From positions 1,345 through 65,344 of the forward strand of contig JAXDQF010000280.1 of assembly GCA_034668025.1 (NCBI GenBank): 64,000 nucleotides of DNA, read 5' to 3'. Position numbers and translations under genes: made by a program. Source of the DNA: Gammaproteobacteria bacterium (GTDB taxonomy: Bacteria; Pseudomonadota; Gammaproteobacteria; Steroidobacterales; Steroidobacteraceae). Numbering within the stretch: position 1 is the stretch's first letter; each line of letters begins with the position of its first letter. Of this stretch, positions 9,248 through 18,847 are shown piece after piece. The notes under the pieces were generated by a model. That model was not told the DNA's origin. It did not search any database and was given only the letters and a program-made list of their open reading frames with translations.

Positions 9248-11032
9248 TTAGTACGTCCGGGCTTTGGGCGGGACCGTCTCGACTTCGTCAGTCAGCGTTT
9301 CGAGGTGCACGGGGCGGTAGTCAAAGCGCACCTTTCCAGGTCCCTCCACCCACACCAGCGAGTGCTTCATCCAGTTCTGATCATCGCGATTGGGGAAATC
9401 CTCACGCGCCTGCGCGCCGCGGCTTTCCTTCCGGTTCGCTGCCGAATGAATCGTCGCGGTGGCCTGGAGCAGCAGGTTCTCCAGCTCCATCGTCTCAATC
9501 AGGTCTGTATTCCAGACGAGCGAGCGGTCGGTCACGCGAACGTCCGGGAATGTCTCGAACGTCTTCTGGAGTTTGCCGATGCCCTCGTTGAGCGATTCGC
9601 CCGTGCGGAAGACAGCGGCGTCGAGCTGCATGGTCTTCTGCATCTCGAGGCGTATCTCAGCCGTGGGCCGCGAGCCATTCGCATTCCGCAGCTTGTCCAG
9701 TCGGGAAATGGCCAGGTCAGCGCCATCCTTCGCAAGCGCTTTGTGACCCGTGCCGGGCTTGACGATTTCGGCGCAACGGCGCGCCGCTTCTCTTCCAAAC
9801 ACAACCAGGTCGAGCAGCGAGTTGGATCCGAGGCGATTGGCTCCATGCACGGAAACACAGGCGGCCTCGCCGACGGCCATCAGACCGGGCACGATGCTAT
9901 CGGAGTTGCCGTCCTTGGGACGAAGCACCTCGCCGTGATAGTTACAAGGGATGCCGCCCATGTTGTAGTGAACCGTGGGCTGCACGGGAATCGGCTCCTT
10001 CGTAACATCGACGCCGGAGAAGATTCGGGCCGTCTCGGCGATCCCCGGGAGGCGCTCATGAATGACTTCGGGACCGAGGTGCTCCAGGTGCAGCTCGATG
10101 TGGTCGTGCTCGGCACCCACGCCCCGCCCTTCTCGTACCTCAACCGTCATTGCGCGACTGACAACGTCGCGGGAGGCGAGATCTTTCGCGTTCGGCGCGT
10201 AGCGCTCCATGAAGCGCTCGCCCTTGGAGTTGGTCAGATAACCGCCCTCGCCGCGCGCGCCTTCGGTAATCAGACAGCCCGCGCCGTAAATGCCGGTCGG
10301 ATGGAACTGAACGAATTCCATGTCCTGCAGCGGAAGTCCCGCGCGCAAAACCATGGCATTGCCGTCACCGGTGCAAGAGTGTGCGGAGGTGCAGGAGAAG
10401 TACGCACGACCGTAACCGCCTGTGGCCAGAATGGTCATGTGGGCGCGGAAGCGGTGAAGCTTCCCTTCCGTCATATCGATCGCTACGACACCGCGGCAGG
10501 CGCCGTTCTCCATGATCAGATCAATCGCGAAGTACTCGATGAAGAAGGTCGCGGAATGTCGGATCGACTGCTGGTAGAGGGTATGCAGCATCGCGTGACC
10601 CGTGCGATCCGCTGCCGCACACGTTCGCTGCGCAATGCCTTTGCCGAAGTGAGTCGTCATACCGCCGAACGGTCGCTGGTAGATGCGACCCTGCTCGGTG
10701 CGGGAGAAAGGTACGCCGTAATGCTCCAACTCGATGACGGCCGCCGGCGCTTCCTTGCACATGAACTCGATCGCGTCCTGGTCTCCGAGCCAGTCGGAGC
10801 CCTTGACGGTGTCGTACATGTGCCAACGCCAGTCGTCCTCACCCATGTTGCCCAACGCAGCGCTGATGCCGCCTTGCGCCGCTACGGTGTGACTTCGTGT
10901 TGGAAACAGCTTGCTGATGCACGCTGTTGAAAGGCCCGCTTCCGCCAGGCCCAGCGTTGCTCGCAGACCAGCACCGCCGGCCCCTACAACGAGGACGTCG
11001 TAGGTGTGGTCAATGAATTCGTAGGCGCTCAC
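9248..11032 (-). CDS. sdhA: Succinate dehydrogenase flavoprotein subunit
   Basis: [11 protein letters not shown] dinucleotide fold, [10 protein letters not shown] covalent-FAD His region. 594 aa. Confidence 0.97.
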   Translation of the reverse strand: MSAYEFIDHTYDVLVVGAGGAGLRATLGLAEAGLSTACISKLFPTRSHTVAAQGGISAALGNMGEDDWRWHMYDTVKGSDWLGDQDAIEFMCKEAPAAVIELEHYGVPFSRTEQGRIYQRPFGGMTTHFGKGIAQRTCAAADRTGHAMLHTLYQQSIRHSATFFIEYFAIDLIMENGACRGVVAIDMTEGKLHRFRAHMTILATGGYGRAYFSCTSAHSCTGDGNAMVLRAGLPLQDMEFVQFHPTGIYGAGCLITEGARGEGGYLTNSKGERFMERYAPNAKDLASRDVVSRAMTVEVREGRGVGAEHDHIELHLEHLGPEVIHERLPGIAETARIFSGVDVTKEPIPVQPTVHYNMGGIPCNYHGEVLRPKDGNSDSIVPGLMAVGEAACVSVHGANRLGSNSLLDLVVFGREAARRCAEIVKPGTGHKALAKDGADLAISRLDKLRNANGSRPTAEIRLEMQKTMQLDAAVFRTGESLNEGIGKLQKTFETFPDVRVTDRSLVWNTDLIETMELENLLLQATATIHSAANRKESRGAQAREDFPNRDDQNWMKHSLVWVEGPGKVRFDYRPVHLETLTDEVETVPPKARTY

Positions 11033-11418
11033 GAAGCGCCTCCAAAAGCGACTTTCAGGATCGCAAACACGCCGGCCACAGCCAGGAAGGCGTGCACAAA
11101 GGTCAATATCACGAGCGTCAGAGTCCTCATCCCAGTGTTATGGACGTAATCCTCAACTACTACCCGCACACCGAGTTGAGAGTGGTACGTGGCCACCAGC
11201 ACGAGCAGGATCAGCAGCAGTGCCGTCCAGCTCTGCGCCATCCACGCGACGACGGTGACGTGGTCGAGTGACGGCAGCGACAGGAGTGACACCGTAAACC
11301 ATATGGTCAACGGCACCAGTGCGATCGATGTCAGGCGTTGCAACCACCAGTGATGCACACCGCCCTTCGCCGAACCCAGACCGGATACCAATCCCAGAGG
11401 ACTGCGCAGGCTCTTCAT
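11029..11418 (-). CDS. sdhD: Succinate dehydrogenase membrane anchor subunit
   Basis: ORF-track start over-extended. ATG at 11418 ([29 protein letters not shown]...) forms an ATGA overlap with the sdhC stop. Three hydrophobic helices. Confidence 0.88.
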   Translation of the reverse strand: MKSLRSPLGLVSGLGSAKGGVHHWWLQRLTSIALVPLTIWFTVSLLSLPSLDHVTVVAWMAQSWTALLLILLVLVATYHSQLGVRVVVEDYVHNTGMRTLTLVILTFVHAFLAVAGVFAILKVAFGGAS

Positions 11419-11810
11419 GGGCCGCGTCCTGCGGCTACGAACAGCCAGTACCCGAGGGCGACCATCAGTGCGATCGTCACGACAACAACAATTCCAGCAC
11501 TGCGCTTGGATTGCGCGCGCTCGAGACCGCGGCCCGTATCCCACACCAGGTGGCGGATGCCGGCCACCAAGTGGTAGCAGAACGCGACCAGCAATCCGGC
11601 GTAGATCAGCTTGAAGATTCCTGAAGACAGGATCGCGTGGGCCCGTTCATCGGCTCGCGCTCCCCCGGCGACGGCCATCAGCCAGTAGACGAGGACCAGC
11701 AGCCCGACAGAAAGAATGCAGCCCGTGATTCGGTTGACGATGGATGACAACAGCGAGTAGCGGGTCATCCTGTAGATGGACAGGTGTGGTGACAGTGGTC
11801 GTGCGCGCAT
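11415..11810 (-). CDS. sdhC: Succinate dehydrogenase cytochrome b556 subunit
   Basis: MRARPLSPHLSIYR... N-terminus typical of SdhC. Three TM helices. First gene of sdhCDAB. Confidence 0.92.
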   Translation of the reverse strand: MRARPLSPHLSIYRMTRYSLLSSIVNRITGCILSVGLLVLVYWLMAVAGGARADERAHAILSSGIFKLIYAGLLVAFCYHLVAGIRHLVWDTGRGLERAQSKRSAGIVVVVTIALMVALGYWLFVAAGRGP

Positions 11811-11870
11811 TGTGTTCAGGTGTACTCCGTCGCAGGCGCCGCATTGTGCTCCCGCCGGGGTCTGAGGAAA

Positions 11871-12143
11871 TTAGAAGTCGATGCAGCGGCCCTTTTTCTC
11901 CCAGTCCCCGTAGCGCGTGGGCTCGGGTCCCGGCGGGCCGCCGATTTCAACTGGTTGATGCGGTGCCGGCGAAGCAGGAGCTGCGCGGCCCGGGGACGGG
12001 TCGCCGGCATCAACCGGGGATGATGCGTCGGCGCTGACGGACGATTTCATTCGGGTCGGAGCTGAAATTCCGGTTTCAGCTCCCGCTTCTGAGGCATTCT
12101 GCATAGCCCCCTGATTCTGCCAGAATCTGCTTCCCGGGACCAT
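11871..12143 (-). CDS. DUF1674 protein (SDHAF4-like)
   Basis: C-terminal signature EIGGPPGPEPTRYGDWEKKGRCIDF. Start ambiguous (12143 or ATG at 12104). Confidence 0.8.
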   Translation of the reverse strand: MVPGSRFWQNQGAMQNASEAGAETGISAPTRMKSSVSADASSPVDAGDPSPGRAAPASPAPHQPVEIGGPPGPEPTRYGDWEKKGRCIDF

Positions 12144-12189
12144 GGTAAACCTCCGGCAAACCTCTGGAAAAACAACGTAGAAGCCTCAT

Positions 12190-13419
12190 ATGCGCGCCGC
12201 ACTGAAAGTGATTGGATTAGAAGAGTTGGGCATGGTCCGGCTGCGCGGCGCCGACGCTGTGAAATTCCTGCAGGGCCAGCTGTCGAACGATGTGGCGCGG
12301 GTCAGTGCACAGCGTTCGCTGCTGGCGGGTTATCACAATCCGCAGGGACGGACGATTGGGCTGCTTCGGCTGGTGCAATGGGACGCTGACGACATCCTCG
12401 CTGTCCTGCCCCGCGAGCTCGCTGCCGGGGTGGCTAGCCGGCTGGGGAAGTTTGTGTTGCGGGCGAAGGTGAAGGTGGTGGACGAGTCGGCGGCGTGGCG
12501 CGTGCAGGGACTCGTCGGTGCCTCACCGACGGCCGTTGCGTCGACGATAGTCGGTGCTGCGTCGACGGCGGCCGGTGCAAACGGCGAGCTGCATGACAGC
12601 GTTGACGTCGCGACGGCTGGCATGGCCGGCGCCCGCCGCGGACTCATGCCGTCGGATCTGCCGACGGTGGTTGGCGCACAGACGCGTGTGGATGGCGCTG
12701 TGTTCGTGTGCGTGAGCGATCAACCGCCGCGGTGGATTGCCGTCTCGCCGGTGGATGCGCCCTCCCCCGTGTTGGATTACCCCGCTGCCGATTTTGCCAC
12801 CTGGCAACGGCTCGAAGTCGCGGCCGGCCAGCCGCAGGTGTACGCGGCGACGTCGGAAGAGTTCGTCGCGCAGATGTTGAATCTCGACGCGCTGAACGCA
12901 ATCGCTTTCGACAAGGGTTGCTACACAGGGCAGGAGGTCATCGCTCGCGCCCACTACCGTGGCCGCGTGAAGCGTCGCATGCAGCGGTTCGTGTCTCGCG
13001 AGCCCTGTCGGCTCTCGCCTGGCGATTCCGGCCAGCTGGCCGACGGGCGCACCTTCAAGGTGGTGGTGGCCGCGCAGCTCGCCGATGGACGATGTGACTT
13101 TTTGGCGGTGGCGCCGATGCTCGGCGCACCGAGCGAGACGGGCGCCGCCAGCGCGGCTGCCGGATCGGATCGCGGGGCGACGGCGGGCGTCACGACGCAA
13201 GCGGTTCACCCCGAGGCGCAGCCTACGACGGACCCTACCGCACCACCCGTCGCCGGGCCGATCATGGATCCAACTCTCGCCCCAATTGTGGCGGCAACGG
13301 TAGCGCCGACTGTGGCGGCCGCTGCGGCGTTGTCAGCGGCCACATCGGGAGCTACTGCGCCGGCCAATGCCACAGTCATTGCGGAGCAGGCCGAGCTGCC
13401 TTATCCGTTGCCCACCTGA
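12190..13419 (+). CDS. ygfZ: Folate-binding Fe-S cluster repair / tRNA-modifying protein YgfZ, with low-complexity insertions
   Basis: KFLQGQLSNDV, FDKGCYTGQEVIAR, YRGRVKRRM motifs of the GcvT-like YgfZ family. 409 aa versus about 330 aa typical. Confidence 0.88.
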   Translation: MRAALKVIGLEELGMVRLRGADAVKFLQGQLSNDVARVSAQRSLLAGYHNPQGRTIGLLRLVQWDADDILAVLPRELAAGVASRLGKFVLRAKVKVVDESAAWRVQGLVGASPTAVASTIVGAASTAAGANGELHDSVDVATAGMAGARRGLMPSDLPTVVGAQTRVDGAVFVCVSDQPPRWIAVSPVDAPSPVLDYPAADFATWQRLEVAAGQPQVYAATSEEFVAQMLNLDALNAIAFDKGCYTGQEVIARAHYRGRVKRRMQRFVSREPCRLSPGDSGQLADGRTFKVVVAAQLADGRCDFLAVAPMLGAPSETGAASAAAGSDRGATAGVTTQAVHPEAQPTTDPTAPPVAGPIMDPTLAPIVAATVAPTVAAAAALSAATSGATAPANATVIAEQAELPYPLPT

Positions 13420-13457
13420 GGCGCCGCCTCGATGGGCCCGCCTGCAAGTCGAGGCAC

Positions 13458-14273
13458 CTATAGATCGATCAACTCGACCTCGTCCGGCGAGATGGACCGC
13501 TTCAAGAAGCGACTGCCCACTCGTGCGAACCGCTCGCGGCTGTCGGTCGCCAGTAAACGTACGGTCCCGGCGCCGACTTCAGTCCTCGCGAGCCCCGCCC
13601 TCCGCAGTTGCTCATCAACTCTTGCGGCCGTCGTTTCCGCCGAGTCGACAATCTGCACGTGCGGCCCGACGGCGCGGCGTATGGCACCTGTCAGCATAGG
13701 AAAATGCGTGCATCCCAGCACTAGCGTATCTGGAGGAGGCGTGGCCGATTCAAACATCGGCTTTAGGTAGTGGCTCGCGATGTCGTTCGCGATGGACCCT
13801 TCATTGAGACCCTCTTCCGCCAGCGCGACAAACAAAGGGGCGGGTTCCGCGTTCACACGGGCGTCCGGTCGGATGCGAAGAATAGCTTGTTGGTATGCCC
13901 CGCCGCGAACCGTTCCTTCAGTGGCGATCACCGCAATATTTCCGGTCTGTGACGCAGCGCAAGCAGCCTGTGCGCCAGGCTCGATAACGCCAATCACAGG
14001 AACATTCTCGATGCGCGCCGCGATCACGGGCAAACCGACCGACGATGCCGTGTTACAGGCAATGACGAGGCATTTCACCCCGTACTCCGTCAGCGCCTGT
14101 ACGGCCTGCAGAGAATATCGGGCGACCGTTTCGGGGCTCTTCGTGCCATACGGCAGGCGCGCCGTATCTCCGAGGTAAACGAAATGCTCACGTGGCAGCT
14201 TCGCGGCCAGAGCCCCGAGAACCGTCAGACCTCCTACCCCAGAATCGAACACGCCGATGGGCGCGTTACTCAA
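13458..14273 (-). CDS. murI: Glutamate racemase
   Basis: GVFDSGVGGLTV, IACNTAS and LGCTHFP catalytic Cys motifs. Confidence 0.95.
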   Translation of the reverse strand: MSNAPIGVFDSGVGGLTVLGALAAKLPREHFVYLGDTARLPYGTKSPETVARYSLQAVQALTEYGVKCLVIACNTASSVGLPVIAARIENVPVIGVIEPGAQAACAASQTGNIAVIATEGTVRGGAYQQAILRIRPDARVNAEPAPLFVALAEEGLNEGSIANDIASHYLKPMFESATPPPDTLVLGCTHFPMLTGAIRRAVGPHVQIVDSAETTAARVDEQLRRAGLARTEVGAGTVRLLATDSRERFARVGSRFLKRSISPDEVELIDL

Positions 14274-15815
14274 TCACTCAGTCTCCGGTCGCATGTGCGG
14301 AAACAGGATGACATCGCGAATCGACGGCGAATCGGTGAAAAACATCACCAATCGATCGATGCCGACACCCAGTCCTGCCGTCGGGGGCATTCCATATTCC
14401 AACGCGCGGACGTAATCCGCGTCGTAGAACATAGCCTCCTTGTCGCCGCTGTCTTTGCGCGCCACCTGCGCCCTGAAACGGGCGGCCTGGTCTTCAGGAT
14501 CATTCAGCTCGGAAAACCCGTTCGCAAGCTCCCGCCCCGACATGAAAAACTCAAACCGATCCGTCAGGAACGGATCCGCATCATTCGCTCGTGACAACGG
14601 CGACACTTCCGCCGGGTACGCATGCACGAATGTTGGATCGAGCAGGGTGTGCTCGGCCGTCTTGTCAAAGATGTCCATCTGCAGCTTGCCGGGACCGTCA
14701 TGCAGATTGACCGGCAGGCCGAGCTTCTCGCACACGGTGCGCAGGTAAGTCACATCCCGCAGGGAAAGGGGATCGATACCCGGGTTGTTGGCAATGATCG
14801 CCTGCTCGACGGTCAAACGCCGGAACGGCACGGCCAGATCGTAGTTGCGCCCCTGGTAGACGATTTCCTTGGAGCCGTGGATCGCATCGGCAAGCCCGCG
14901 CAACGCCTTCTCAACCCAGTCCATGAGATCGCGATAATCCCCATAGGCGAGATACAACTCGAGCATGGTGAATTCGGGGTTGTGGCGGGTGGAGAGCCCT
15001 TCGTTGCGGAAGTTGCGGTTGATTTCGTAGACGCGCTCGAAACCGCCGACGACCAGGCGCTTCAAATACAGCTCCGGCGCAATGCGCAGATACATGTCCA
15101 CATCGAGCGCATTGTGATGCGTGATGAATGGCTGCGCCGCAGCGCCGCCTGGAATGGGCTGCATCATCGGCGTCTCGACTTCGACAAAGTCGAGCGCATC
15201 CAGGTAGTTGCGCAAGTACCGAATGATGCGGGTCCGGGTGAGAAATACGTTGCGGCTCGCTTCGTTGACGATCAAGTCGACGTAGCGGCGGCGATAGCGT
15301 GTTTCGGTGTCAGCAAGGCCGTGCCATTTGTCGGGCAAGGGCCGCAGTGACTTGACGAGCAACCGCAGACTATCCACGCGCACGGACAACTCGTTGGTCT
15401 TGGTACGAAACAACACGCCGCCGGCGCCGACGATATCGCCGACATCCCAGCCCTTGAAGGCATCGTACGCAGCGCCCAAGGCATCCTGCTGCAAAAACAG
15501 CTGAATCTGGCCGGTCCGGTCGGCGATCTTCGCAAAGCTCGCCTTGCCCATGACCCGCTTGAACAACATGCGGCCGCCGACCTGCACGCGCGCCGGATTT
15601 GCTTCCAGCCACTCTGCAGTGCGATCGCCGAACGCATCGTGCAACTGGCCCGCCAGCGAGTCGCGGCGGAAATCATTGGGGAATGCGCTGGTGGGCGCCT
15701 CCCCCGGCACGGTTGCGCTGTGGGCCCGCAACTGCGCGAGCTTGGCCCGGCGCTCCGCGATCAGCTTGTTCTCGTCGCCGCCGTTATCGTCGGGAGTCTG
15801 GGAGTTGTCAGTCAT
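14274..15815 (-). CDS. lysS: Lysine--tRNA ligase (class II)
   Basis: Class II motifs ([22 protein letters not shown]). 513 aa. prfB-lysS operon arrangement with ATGA overlap. Confidence 0.97.
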   Translation of the reverse strand: MTDNSQTPDDNGGDENKLIAERRAKLAQLRAHSATVPGEAPTSAFPNDFRRDSLAGQLHDAFGDRTAEWLEANPARVQVGGRMLFKRVMGKASFAKIADRTGQIQLFLQQDALGAAYDAFKGWDVGDIVGAGGVLFRTKTNELSVRVDSLRLLVKSLRPLPDKWHGLADTETRYRRRYVDLIVNEASRNVFLTRTRIIRYLRNYLDALDFVEVETPMMQPIPGGAAAQPFITHHNALDVDMYLRIAPELYLKRLVVGGFERVYEINRNFRNEGLSTRHNPEFTMLELYLAYGDYRDLMDWVEKALRGLADAIHGSKEIVYQGRNYDLAVPFRRLTVEQAIIANNPGIDPLSLRDVTYLRTVCEKLGLPVNLHDGPGKLQMDIFDKTAEHTLLDPTFVHAYPAEVSPLSRANDADPFLTDRFEFFMSGRELANGFSELNDPEDQAARFRAQVARKDSGDKEAMFYDADYVRALEYGMPPTAGLGVGIDRLVMFFTDSPSIRDVILFPHMRPETE

Positions 15816-16916
15816 GTTGATTGGACACCGGCCTTCAAAGAGGCCTCCAGGAACTGATCGAGGTCGCCGTCCAGCACAGCCGTGGTGTTACCCACTTCCA
15901 CACCGGTCCGCAAATCCTTGATACGGGATTGGTCGAGAACATACGAACGGATCTGGTTGCCCCAGCTCACGTCGGATTTGGCGTCCTCGAGCACTTTGGC
16001 CGCCGCGTTGCGCTTGTTGACTTCGAGCTCATACAGCTTTGCCTTCAACATCTTCATCGCGGTGGAACGATTTTTGTGCTGGCTGCGCTCGTTCTGACAC
16101 GCGACCACGATGCCGCTGGGAACGTGGGTGATGCGCACAGCCGATTCCGTCTTGTTGACGTGCTGGCCACCGGCACCCGAGGAGCGATAGACATCGGTCT
16201 TCAGATCGGCGGGGTTGATGTCGATTTCAATGTCATCATCGATTTCCGGCGAGACAAACACCGAGGCAAACGAGGTATGCCGCCGGTTGCCGGAATCGAA
16301 AGGCGACTTGCGCACCAGCCGGTGCACTCCGGTCTCGGTACGCAACCAGCCGTAGGCGTAGTCGCCTTTGACCTCCACGGTCGCGCTCTTCATCCCGGCC
16401 ACTTCGCCGGGATTGGAATCGATGACCTCACACGTGAAGCCACGCGCGGCACCCCAACGCAGGTACATGCGCAGCAGCATTTGCGCCCAGTCCTGCGCCT
16501 CGGTCCCGCCGGCGCCGGCCTGGATGTCCAGAAAGGCGTTATGCGAATCCATCTCGTGGTTGAACATCCGCTTGAGCTCGAGACGGCGCACGCCCGCCTC
16601 GAGAGGCTGGGCATCGGACTCGATGTCGCGTGCCGCGGCCTCGTCGTTCTCGCTTTCGGCCAACTCCAGCAACTCAGCGGCATCGGATATTCCCTTGGAA
16701 GCCCGATCGATCTCCTCAACGGCCGCTGCGAGCCGGGCCCGCTCCCGGCCTAGCTCTTGCGCGCGCTCCTGGTTTTGCCACACGGCAGGGTCTTCCAGCT
16801 CGCGACCCACCTCTTCGAGGCGCTCTTTCTTCTGATCGTATTCAAAGAAACCCCCGAAGGGACGCGATACGCTCCCCGAGATCCTTTAGCTGGCGCTTGA
16901 GCTGATTGACTTCCAT
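15812..16916 (-). CDS. prfB: Peptide chain release factor 2 (two frames joined by programmed +1 frameshift)
   Basis: Main frame 15812-16843 carries SPF (RKSPFDS) and GGQ ([12 protein letters not shown]). The short upstream frame from ATG 16916 encodes [24 protein letters not shown] and ends at in-frame TGA 16844-16842. Joined length is about 367 aa. Confidence 0.95.
16842..16856 (-). other. prfB programmed +1 frameshift site (CGGGGG TTT CTT TGA)
   Basis: Minus strand reads CGG GGG TTT CTT TGA A. An SD-like GGGGG lies 3 nt before the slippery CTT, followed by an in-frame TGA. Skipping T at 16844 restores the RF2 frame (GAA TAC GAT...). Confidence 0.9.
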
Positions 16917-16984
16917 TGCTAGACGTTGCCTGTAATTGGATCGCCGCCGGGCGGCGAATTGAGATGAGCAGCGGATGCTAAACG

Positions 16985-18847
16985 TCAGGGGGCGCTATTG
17001 CCAATTCTGGGGAGAACCCCAGGGGCGTCCGCCCCTGCTGTGAGTACGTGATCGACCAGCAGCTGCAGTCGGCGCTCCCCCTGGTATTCATTCACGTCGA
17101 GGCGATAGACGAGCTGCACTGCGCCTTCCGGCGGCGTGAAGTGACTGAGCTCCTCGATGTGATTGAAGGCAATCGCATCGAAGGACCGCCCCGTCTTGGG
17201 AACCTCGACCCACATTTTCAAGTGGCGCTCACCCACCACGCGGGTATTGCGAATGGTAAAGACCCCGTCGAAACAAGGCTCCGGGAATGCCTGCCCCCAC
17301 GGTCCTCCCGCGCGAAGCGCGCGAGCAGTCTCGAGCGCAATCTCTTGTACAGAGAGTTCGCCGTCTGTCTCGACGACATCTGCTCCAGCGCTCCTGGCGG
17401 CCCACCGGGCAACCTCCTCATCGAAGGCTTTGGCAAACGCATCTAGAAGGTCACGCTGAACGGTAAGTCCGGCAGCCATAGCGTGCCCGCCGAACTTGCT
17501 GATCAGCTCAGGACGGCGCGCTGCAATTGCGTCCAGGACATCGCGAATATGGATCCCCGGCACCGAACGCGCCGAACCGCGCAGCTGTTCGTCACCTGCC
17601 AGCGCGAATGCAATCACAGGTCGGCGGATGCGGTCTTTCACGCGGCTCGCAACGAGTCCGACGACACCTTGATGCCATGTCTCGTCGAAAAGGCAGACCC
17701 CACTGCGATGAAGCGCATGCGGACCCGGGTCGCGCAACTGACGCACAGCGTTCAGCGCATCTGTTTGCATACGCGCTTCAATGGCTCTGCGTTCGAGGTT
17801 GAACTCGTTTAAGCGCTCGGCGAGCGTTCGCGCCACTGCCGGGTCGTCGGCGAGCAGACATCGGATGCCGATGGACATGTCATCAATACGGCCGGCGGCA
17901 TTGAGCCGCGGTGCGACCGCAAACCCGAGGTCCGCGGCCGTCAGATCAGTGCTGTCCCGCGACGCGATGGCCAACAGCGACGAAATTCCAGGTACGCACC
18001 GACCTGCGCGAATCCGACGCAGTCCCTGCGATACGAGGACTCTGTTGTTAGCATCGAGCGGAACCAGATCGGCAACGGTCCCCAGCGCGACCAGGTCGAG
18101 AAACTGGGAAACACCGGGCGCGCCTGCAGGAGTGAGTTTGAGCTCATCGAGCCGACGCTTGACCGCAGCCATGACGTAAAACGCAACGCCAACGCCGGCC
18201 AACGCGCGACTCGCGAACTGACTACCGGGCAAATTCGGATTGACGATGACATTCGCAGCGGGCGTCACCTCGCCCGGCAGATGGTGGTCGGTGATGAGGA
18301 CGGCCATTCCGCGCGAGCGTGCCTCAGCGACTCCAGCAATGCTGGAGATGCCGTTGTCCACCGTCACAATCAGGGTCGGCGAACGAGTCGCAGCGAGGGT
18401 GACGATTTCGGGTGTCAGCCCGTAGCCGAATTCGAACCGGTTCGGTACGAGGAAGTCGACGGACGCAAAGCCCCACGCACTGAGTGCGCGAATCATTAAC
18501 GCAGTGCTCGTGGCTCCGTCGGCGTCGAAGTCGCCGACTACGAGCACCTTTCCGGTAACGCGATGTTCGAGCAGTAGGTCGACCGCGGGAGCTATGCCTT
18601 CCAACGTGCCGACCGGGTGGAGCTTATCCAGCGACACGTCGAGGTCAGAAGCCGAGCGAATTCCTCGTGCAGCGTAGATGCGCTGCAGGACGGGATGCAT
18701 GTCGTTCGCGAATCCGGCGCAATCCTTTGCCGGCTCTCGTCGAACTACACGAAGTGCGCCCGTATTGGCGGCAGGTGTCGCAGGTTTTACCAGGGAGGCC
18801 AAAAGCGCAGACACGCTTGTGGTCGTCGACGTCGGCGAGCGACTCAT
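16985..18847 (-). CDS. recJ: Single-stranded-DNA-specific exonuclease RecJ
   Basis: DHH motifs VVGDFDADGATS, TVDNGISS, ITDHHLPG; DHHA1 GGHAMAAG. The ATG at 18847 (MSRSPTST...) makes an ATGA overlap with the upstream gene stop, so the ORF-track start at 18922 is probably over-extended. Confidence 0.93.
   Translation of the reverse strand: MSRSPTSTTTSVSALLASLVKPATPAANTGALRVVRREPAKDCAGFANDMHPVLQRIYAARGIRSASDLDVSLDKLHPVGTLEGIAPAVDLLLEHRVTGKVLVVGDFDADGATSTALMIRALSAWGFASVDFLVPNRFEFGYGLTPEIVTLAATRSPTLIVTVDNGISSIAGVAEARSRGMAVLITDHHLPGEVTPAANVIVNPNLPGSQFASRALAGVGVAFYVMAAVKRRLDELKLTPAGAPGVSQFLDLVALGTVADLVPLDANNRVLVSQGLRRIRAGRCVPGISSLLAIASRDSTDLTAADLGFAVAPRLNAAGRIDDMSIGIRCLLADDPAVARTLAERLNEFNLERRAIEARMQTDALNAVRQLRDPGPHALHRSGVCLFDETWHQGVVGLVASRVKDRIRRPVIAFALAGDEQLRGSARSVPGIHIRDVLDAIAARRPELISKFGGHAMAAGLTVQRDLLDAFAKAFDEEVARWAARSAGADVVETDGELSVQEIALETARALRAGGPWGQAFPEPCFDGVFTIRNTRVVGERHLKMWVEVPKTGRSFDAIAFNHIEELSHFTPPEGAVQLVYRLDVNEYQGERRLQLLVDHVLTAGADAPGVLPRIGNSAP

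Noticed and set aside
9179-10930. 583-aa ORF on the plus strand
   Set aside because: It is entirely antisense to sdhA, whose motifs are unambiguous. The translation is Arg/Ala/Gly/His-rich with no recognisable motif. Long stop-free antisense frames are expected at this GC content.
12523-13209. 228-aa minus-strand ORF
   Set aside because: Antisense to ygfZ and extremely Arg-rich. No support.
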